Shown one piece after another: positions 55,961 to 64,000 of a stretch of 64,000 nucleotides of DNA. The translations under genes and the position numbers were made by a program. Within the stretch, counting starts at the first letter, position 1, and each line of letters opens with the position of its first letter. This stretch comes from Macrostomum lignano (lineage: Eukaryota), in assembly GCA_002269645.1 (NCBI GenBank), contig NIVC01002616.1, forward strand, positions 92,668 to 156,667. The letters run 5' to 3'. The notes under the pieces were generated by a model, which was not told the DNA's origin, searched no databases, and was given only the letters and a program-made list of their open reading frames with translations.

Positions 55961-58887
55961 GTTGGACGCTTTTCATTTTCCTATCGATTCTGGTTCTGGA
56001 ACCAATCTTCGTGAAAAGCCTCACCATCGAAAAAATCTGTTATGGCACCGGTTTAAAATTATAGACTGTTGTTTTGAAACATGTTTTAAAAACGGCCCTT
56101 TAAGGGACTGCCTATTTTCTGCGCCACGGTTACAATTGATAATACTGCTTATAAAATCATTCCGGCCAAGTCTTAGCTATCTCGATGGATTTTAATTGGG
56201 CGTAATCTGTAGTAGGGAATCTGGATTCAAAATACGTCAGCAGCAGTGCCGCATTGGCTTTTTGGAATTGTACGTATAATGACACTATTTTTAAATATAA
56301 GGAATTTTAATGTTGTGCACATTTATTTTACTTATTATTTATTTTATGTATTTCGAAATCGCTGAGCAATAGCTACATGTATAGTATATAGTATGAAAGC
56401 TTCGAATCATTCAGTTTTTAAAGATGTGCGAATCTCCAGACCTATTATAAGCATAAAACGGCCCTTTTAAGGGCCACTTGAAACAGAACCATGATTAATT
56501 AGGAGGGCTTCTTGGCCAAAAAAGCTGCTAAAGCAGAATCTTGAAAAAAGTAGAGATTTGTCCCTTGTCTTCTAATGCCAAATGATGCCGATGTATCGAG
56601 ACTAGAGTGCGAAAAAGTACAAAAGCAATATAAAGCAATACAAGTAGTATGAAGACGCACACGTCTTTTTGCCACCAGTGAACGGGCTTCTTTTTAGACG
56701 TGGGTCTTCATACTACTTGATAAACCTAGTTTTGTACCGATGAAAAAGAACTTTGAGAAGCTCAAGAAAAATGTAAATCTCTACTTCTCCCATTTTCTCT
56801 CCTGTCTGTTCTGTTTCCCTCCTCTCTAATCTCTCTCTAGTCTCCCCCTCTCCTCTCGCTTCTAGCTCTAGTCTTATCTCTTATCTCCTCTTAGTCTTAT
56901 CTCTTCTCTCTCTATTATTATCTTTCATTTTCTCTCATCTGATCTGACCCGCAGCCATAAGCTGGAATCGAATCTTCTATAATAGGCCCTCGAACTTCTC
57001 GAAGGCCTCGATCTAAAAAAATTGTCTAATGACTCTAAACTAAAGTATCCAGAGCGTAGCAGGGTTATACCACCTCATTAAGCTGGTTGTTTCGGCGCAT
57101 GATCCTCTTAGCATCAGCTTAAGTGCTTGGAAATGGAAAGTCAGGCCAGTTTTGTGGAACATAAACCTCGTACTCTCAATCAGATAGTACACTTAAGAAT
57201 AATAAGATACCCTAAGCCTCTTCTCCATTAACGGAGTTGCAAAGAAAGCTATAAATAGTCTTTCCAAAACACTGTACATAGCTACTTCAGAAGCCGTATC
57301 GTTGGACCTTTTAATAAGGGGGAGGATTGTACACGTAGTGACTTGGAGCTTCCCCCCCGCCAAACTTTGTACTGGGCTTGCAATTCAAACGTGCAGTTAA
57401 AGAGCTAAATTTAACACTAAATTCTAATCACGTGACGCCCGTTTATCGATCTAATTTTCCTTGGTCTGTGCGCGAAGCAAATGAAGCTCTATTGACGCCT
57501 CTCCGGTCCAAGCCCACACGCCACAACCCCAGTTAAAAGGGACGGGAGTGTACATTGTATGTACGATTATTCCTTCCTTCCTTTCCTTTCTAACCAGCCT
57601 AACTCAGCCCAACGCCAAAGCCATGCAATGCAAGCAATCGCATGCAAATGCAAATTATGCAAAGCGGTATGCAGCTTAATGTGATGAATTTCGATGCAAA
57701 AAAGGCATTTTTTACATGAAAAAAACATCGAATGGTTATGAAATTTAAGAAATTTGTTAAATTAACTATATGGAACACTGTGCATTGGTTTCATTGCAAA
57801 ATTCCTACCATTTCCAGTTTAAATAGCCCCGGAACTAACATAAAAGTAAAAAGTCAAGTTTTCAGTTTTTTATCGATAATTTTTTACCCAATGAACCGAA
57901 TCTCTAGAAATTGCACACAAATATGCCTCGTTATGTGGGAAATCAGCCGTCATAAAAATAATGCCATCCTATTGCGTTTTTTTGCCTGATTTAAAGCAAA
58001 ATATTAAAAAATCACTACTCTGATCGATTTCCAATCACTTTTGACACATGAGCACTTGTTGCAGACACTCAAAATCTTGGTCAATTTTAGCCAGACATTA
58101 GTACAACTCGTTGCAGTATCCGCATTTGATCTACCATTCTTTTAAAAATTTAATCACCCATTTTTCTGGCACCCAATCAGCCAAAAATCACAAATTATCG
58201 ATTTCTGATCGCTTTTTCAACCCGAAAGCAGCGAAATCAGACGGCGGCAATTTAAACCAATATAGTACAGCAACTATGCTATAGAAATTCGAAATCGGCT
58301 TATTCGCACCATGTTCTCAAAATTATAATGAGCAATAATGCGAAAGTCATGTGATTTTTTGAAAAATCGATTTTTCTCGATTTTCTCAGCACTGGAGAAT
58401 CGTAGGAAAACAAAACTTTAGACACTTGTAGATTTTTGCATTGCGCATCTAACTGCACTGCTTTGAAGCCCAAACTCAAAAAGCTTTGTAGGAAAAAGTG
58501 GCGAAAGAATAAAATGAGGGTCATTTTTTTACCCAAAAAACCCACCAAAACTGCATAAAGATGCCGAAATAAATCAAAGCGCCATATACCATTTTGTAGG
58601 AAATTTAGTTTTACAACTTTGATCCTCAGATGTCGAAGCCGTATCTCGTAAGGTGTACCAGAATTTTGAGATCTCCCAGAAGCACTTTTGAAAAAATCGT
58701 ATTTCCACTTAATTTACAGCTTAGTAATAAAATATCTGCACTTAAAAGTATATTCATTCGATAGATTGAAAAGTTTTCTATCGATCGACACCTCACTCAA
58801 CTTAATAGATGCAGTGGTTGCAAAACCGGAGCATTTTTTAGCGAAAAAACGTGAAATTTCAAAATGCATGGGAGTCTAACTTATTTA

Positions 58888-58985
58888 CTCGCCCTCGGCC
58901 CCTGGCGGGGCCTCGGGTTCTCTCGCTCTCGACCGACGCCGCCTTCGGCGGCGCCGGGCTCGGCTCGTTCACTGGTGGAACGAGT
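58888..58985. mobile_element. GC-rich hairpin cluster resembling a Helitron/Helentron-type terminus at the end of an AT-rich repeat-like block (~57700-58880)
   Basis: CGCCGCC-TTC-GGCGGCG 7-bp hairpin and GGCCCC-TGGC-GGGGCC hairpin in an AT-rich context. Confidence 0.45.
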
Positions 58986-60718
58986 ACTATAGTTTTATTA
59001 ACAAAGTTTCTTCATCAATGATAATGGATGTCCTGCGGAACGCAAGATCTATACCGCTTGCAGTTAGAATTTTGAATGCTTCTTATCTCATTTATCTGTA
59101 ACAATTGTGTATAATTGCTGTAGTAGAAATCGGACATGAAGCAATCTTCCAAATAAAATTTTACAATATTGTCTACTGGCAGTGGCAGAACAAGAATATT
59201 TCAATAAAAACTGTAGGGCCAATATACAGCTCTCAATTGACAGATTGGGTAAGGCGGCAAAGCATATCGACAAGAGGCCGATTGCAGAGAGCCAGCTGGC
59301 CTGAGAGACTATATTAATACACTGGCCGGATTGCTGTAGCGAAAACACTATTAATTCTGTATGCCGGCATTTAAAACGAGAAATTCGAGGCAGAGTTACC
59401 AATATCGGATTCAGCCAGATTCCTATCGCAGATTAAGGCTTAGCAAGCAATATTGGCCAACTAGCAAGCTGGCACTGCAACATTCACCTGGCTGAGATTC
59501 CCGGGCTAGCACCCAAGGAGTCGAGTTGGCAAAGCTTCAATTTATTTAACGCGCAGGTGCAAGCTCGCCATTGAAACCACCTGCTTCTAACTGGAGGGTT
59601 AGGGTTAAAGAATGACCAGCTAATCGATAGATAATAAACAATCAACTGGCCATTACAGTCGACTCACTGACAGGGCCGCTAGCCGGGCTACAATTAGGCG
59701 CAAACTCTGCCGCGGACACTCACCGCATGAACTGAACAGTGAGACTCTCTTTTTGCCGCTGGTTTCGTGTTTTCGCAAGTTAGTTTTTTTCACACACACA
59801 CAGCCTACCAGACTTTTTATTGGGCTGGAGGGTGGAGGGTAGTGGGGTGAGTAGAAAGATAAGAGCTTAGCGCTGTACATGCGCCGACTGTGGGGGGGGG
59901 CGAGAGTGAACCGTATAAACCAACTTAATCGATTAAATTCACTGCTGCCTTCTTAGCCAATCAGGGAAAGGAAGCACTTTTGAAGCCGTCTTATCAAAAT
60001 TAAACTTAGATAATAATATCATCACTAACTGACTGCAAGTAGCGTATGTCAAAAAAAAATACAACGAGTTCATGAAAAAAAAATTTTTTGGATATCTATC
60101 CAATATGCTGCATATTGCAATTATTAAGATGCGCCCAACACTTGCTGCATTTAAACAGAACTTGGGCACATTCGCATGCTTGGGAAATTTGTTTATTTCG
60201 TCGTTAAAAATTAAGGATTAAATGCACGTGTCATAAACACATTAATATACTTAGCACCTGGAAATTCATTAGGAAAATAAACTTAAAAGAGTCATACTGA
60301 CAAAAATATAAATGAGAAAGAGTTGCATTTAATAAAACCATGAAAACTTAAAACAATGACAAGTCAAGTTTGTGAAAATGCGAGCAAGTTAATTTTATTC
60401 AGTTTACACACTATAACAAAAAATAAGTAGTATAGAAAAGTAGTTTCAAATAAAAAGACAGGCATTATTGTCAGACCGTAATAGAAACCAGACAAGCACC
60501 GATTAGCAAATCAAAAGAGCATTGCATTAACGCACCTTGCTACTATAAGTAGCAACAAAATGAAAGCGTATTACTAAAGCTGTAGAATAAGGTAATTTAA
60601 CCCCAAAATTTGACACATCGAACAAGTTGAATAACAGATAAATCGACATAAAAATACGTTGGATATTTTTCATATACAATAACAGACTAAAGTACATACC
60701 AGACCATAAGCTCACAAT

Positions 60719-62890
60719 TTAGCAGCGTTTCACATCCGCGCACAGCTGCAGCACGCTGTGACGCAGGCCGTCTTCCAGACTGTCCGTGAATAGCTGGCAC
60801 AGCCGGTCGCAGGTGTCGGCCACCATAGCGGCAGTAGATTCGGACCGTCAGGAGCGGCAGCGACAACAGCGGATGCGGCCTTCATCTGGCTGGCAGCTGA
60901 CTGCAGCTCATCGCGCAGGCTGCTCAGCTTGGTGTCGCGCAGGCTCATCAGGAATTCACAGTTCTCAGCCCGGTACTTGCACTCGTAGTACCTGGGTTGG
61001 AGTGGACATTTTTAATAGATGCTGGCTTTTTATGCGAGGCCTGTAGTGACATGCTTTACATGCCTATGCGAAAGCTGCTTATATTTATAATTCACTAACT
61101 TATTGGCAGAGATGATACAGCTGAAAAGACAGAACCTGACAGACAGACACTCACTTGCCAGCCACAGACACTCGCTTGACAGCCACAGACACTCACTTGG
61201 CAGCCACACAGATACTCCCTTGGCAGCCACACAGACACTCACTTGGCAGCCACACAGACACTCACTTGGCAGCCACACAGACACTCACTTGGCAGCCACA
61301 CAGACACTCACTTGGCAGACACACACAGATGCTCACATGACAGCCACAGACACTCACTTGGAAGCCACACAGACACTCACTTGGCAGGCACACAGACACT
61401 CACTTGGCAGCCACAGACACTCGCTTGACAGCCACAGACACTCACTTGGCAGCCACACAGATACTCACTTGGCAGCCACACAGACACTCACTTGGCAGCC
61501 ACACAGACACTCACTTGGCAGGCACACAGACACTCACTTGGCAGGCACACAGACACTCACTTGGCAGCCACACAGACACTCACTTGGCAGACACACAGAC
61601 ACTCACTTGGCAGACACACAGACACTCACTTGGCAGACACACAGACACTCACTTGGCAGCCACACAGACACTCACTTGGCAGCCAGGTCCTTGCACTGCG
61701 CCTCCCGCTGGGTGCACTCGGCCTCCAGCTCTCGCAGCCGGTCCTCAAAGGCGGCCCGCTCGGCCTTAGCCGCGGCCTGTGCCGAGTTCCGCTGCTCGGC
61801 CACCTCCAGGCGGTCGAACTCGCTCTGCTCGAATCGCTCGCTGAGCTGGGCGAGCTCGTAGTTCAGGTACTCGATCTTGGAAGCACAGATAGTTGCAGTT
61901 AGGATTTAGTTAGCTAGCAGGCATGTCAGGTGAAGCTTGCAGATTGGATTAAAATACAGCCAAATAAGCATTCATCGAGAGATGCCTTAGTTCTAATTTG
62001 TTTAACGTCCGGATATAATACATTTCCTAGTATATAAATAAATAAGTATATACATCAGTTTACCGCTCCCAACAATCCAGAATCCCAAATCCCGCTTCCA
62101 ACAATCTTAGAATCCCAGAATCCCAAATCCCGCTTCCAACAATCCTAGAATCCCAGAATTCTAAATCCCGCTCCCAAAAATCCTAGAATTCCTAAATCCC
62201 GCTCCCAAAAATCCCAGAATCCAAATATGCTCCCAAAAATCCCAGAATGACAAATCGCCAGTAACAAGTTAGCTAGCCACAAGCCTAGTCCATAGAAAGC
62301 GTGCCCTACCTGCAAAGCGTACTGCTCGCGTTCGTTAGCCATAGTCTGCTGGACATCAATCCAGGCCAGGTCAGTCTGGCACTCAACCGAAGCAGTGGGA
62401 ACCGCAGATCGAACTCGAACATCCTTCTCCTGCTGCTGCTGTTGAAGTCTATCAACGGTGGCAGCCACGACAGCAGTCAGACGCTGTCGCTCGTCATTTA
62501 GCCGTTCAGCCTCAGCAGCCAGACAGTCTAGCAGAGGCCCAATAGCCGAGGCTTGCTTATCTAAATTGTCGATAGCTTCAACAATAGCAGCCGTTGTGTT
62601 AGCTGTAGAGTTGTTAACAGAACTATTGGCATTTCCTGTGCCGCTGTTAACCCTACCAGCCGCTTTCACTAGGGCACTGACGTTGGCGCTAGTGGCCGAG
62701 CGAGACAGATGCGTTTGAATTGAGCTGGCTAGTTCGGTTAGCAGAGTCGGGTAGCTGGCGCTGCGGCGTCTGTTGGCACCGCCGCTACTTTGGGTCTGAG
62801 CTGGAGCTTGCGGCCGCTGCTGCTGCGGCTCCGACGAGGTGTCGCAGCTAAGCGACGCATCTGGCTGCCGCGTGGCCTTTTTAGACGACT
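60719..62890 (-). CDS. Coiled-coil protein; exons approx. 62890-62310, 61875-61676, 60991-60719; probable frameshift in last exon; 5' end unresolved
   Basis: Heptad-rich IEYLNYELAQLSERFEQ..RLRELEAEC; GT-AG junctions with phases 0 and 2 consistent; no family recognised. Confidence 0.7.
61145..61685. repeat. ~24-bp intronic minisatellite (GACACTCACTTGGCAGCCACACA) containing the exon/donor junction
   Basis: Direct reading; last unit provides the real donor at 61675. Confidence 0.95.
62060..62250. repeat. Degenerate AATCCCAGAATCCCAAATCCCGC tandem repeat, intronic
   Basis: Direct reading. Confidence 0.85.
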
Positions 62891-63034
62891 TTAAAATGGT
62901 TAAGAAATAAATGTTTCGTAAAAATTATATACATAATACTAGCAAATCATATGGCTAACAGATCTAACATTATTAACATCCAATTCATGTAAACTCTGTA
63001 GAACTCAAGGGAGTAAGTGGGAAAGAAGTTTTAT

Positions 63035-63638
63035 GTCCTTAAATGGGCCGTTTTAAACGGGCTGTCGGTCTGCAATCCTAGAGGATTAACTCGAGGGGCA
63101 GTGGGGAGCTTGGTGGATTTCACCTATAGCAAACTAACCCTCCAATATTCTGATGATGATGCTGGCCCAAAAAGGGCCGTTTCAACAGTACTGGGTCTGG
63201 CACTAAGAAGAACGAAGGGAGTCCACAAAGGGTAATACATTAACGAGGGAGACCAGATTAGTGGCAGTAGGGAGGACTGGTAAAATTATGTTAGTATTTA
63301 TATAGCAAACTAACCCTAAATGACCTCCAATAGGTGTGGCCCTTAAAAGGGCCGTTTTAACAGGTTGTCGGTCTGAAATCCTAGAGGTTGGATGCGGGAT
63401 AGTGGGTAGCTTGGCGAATTTAGCCTATAGCAAACTAATCCTCCAATATTACGACGATTTTTTCGTAAAAAAGAGCTGTTTTAACCTGTACTGGGTCTGG
63501 AACCTAGAAGAACGCTGTCAAAGGGTAATACATCAACGAGACCAGATTAGTGGCAGTAAAGAGCAGTGGCGACATTAGGTTAATATTTTATAATACTAAC
63601 CCGAAATGGATCTAATAGATGTGGCCCTCAAAAGGGCC
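63035..63638 (-). repeat. Higher-order repeat (A-B-A'-B', ~300-bp period) punctuated by five histone-type stem-loops on the minus strand
   Basis: Motifs at 63035-63049, 63164-63178, 63338-63353, ~63464-63482 (decayed) and 63623-63638; spacer 63055-63160 resembles 63360-63460 and 63185-63335 resembles 63485-63620. Confidence 0.85.
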
Positions 63639-63684
63639 GTTTTAACGGGTACTAGATAAATTTATTTAGTTCAAACTTTAAGAT

Positions 63685-63984
63685 TTAAGTTAATTTCAAA
63701 ATGCTGATATTAGTAGTAAGAAATGCGTATACTACAAACCTTTTCTTAGCCACAGACATTGCAGGAAACATATCGCCGTTGCATATTGCTATTACCGCAG
63801 CTACGTTGCATCCAGCGGTCGCTCTGTCCGTGTTGGCAATAGCAACAGCAGTAGAGCCAACAGCTGAGCCTTCATAATTTTGCACTTTTTTATCCAATAA
63901 AAAGTCGCGAAATCTAGCCAAATGCGGAGCTGTTGAGCCTTGCAATAATTGCAGCAGATCGGACACTGTAGAATCGTTATACAC
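63685..63984 (-). CDS. Non-histone ORF/exon open to the window edge, product unknown
   Basis: Helical-looking STVSDLLQLLQGSTAPHLARFRDFLLDKKVQ; possible acceptor CCTGCAG at 63984; stop at 63685 or an internal donor at AAAAG|GTTTGT. Confidence 0.45.
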   Translation of the reverse strand: MYNDSTVSDLLQLLQGSTAPHLARFRDFLLDKKVQNYEGSAVGSTAVAIANTDRATAGCNVAAVIAICNGDMFPAMSVAKKRFVVYAFLTTNISILKLT

Positions 63985-64000
63985 TGCAGGATTGTTGGAA

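Larger units (their letters stand above)
54428..56475 (+). other. Three additional histone stem-loop motifs without CDS: 54428-54442 (degenerate), 56094-56108 (degenerate), 56460-56475 (canonical GGCCCTTTTAAGGGCC)
   Basis: Each preceded by AAAAC; same strand as H2A. Confidence 0.8.

Noticed and set aside
57085-57125. Penelope-type hammerhead ribozyme on minus strand (CTGATG..CCGAAAC)
   Set aside because: Core is CTGATGC rather than CTGATGA; no convincing stem II, stem III or cleavage triplet.
53975-59610. Telomeric TTAGGG tracts (53980, 59598)
   Set aside because: Only about two units each; expected by chance.

Overview
Eukaryotic (animal) genomic DNA, very rich in tandem repeats. GC-rich exons are separated by introns filled with locus-specific minisatellites, an architecture reminiscent of the flatworm Macrostomum lignano (species assignment is inference only). 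Recognisable genes: PAS-domain kinase PASK (minus strand, 6 exons in window, last exon missing), TAF8 (with an in-frame TAA), a frame-disrupted F-box/LRR-like gene, three tandem intronless paralogues of very different lengths, a type I PI4P 5-kinase, a solitary replication-dependent histone H2A, and a minus-strand coiled-coil gene. Mobile elements: a full-length degenerate DD37D (maT) Tc1/mariner with a nested hAT-type MITE, three more MITEs with 8-bp TSDs, a tRNA-derived CORE-like SINE inside an inverted-repeat-bounded insertion, a foldback element and a Helitron-like hairpin end. Most unusual observations: histone 3' stem-loop motifs with no histone CDS (3 extra downstream of H2A; an ordered array of 5 on the minus strand, the first 47 nt after the stop of a non-histone ORF), minisatellites built from amplified splice-site sequence, and a ~5.3-kb diverged palindrome. 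Most long ORFs in the supplied track are repeat artefacts. All alignments were done by eye.
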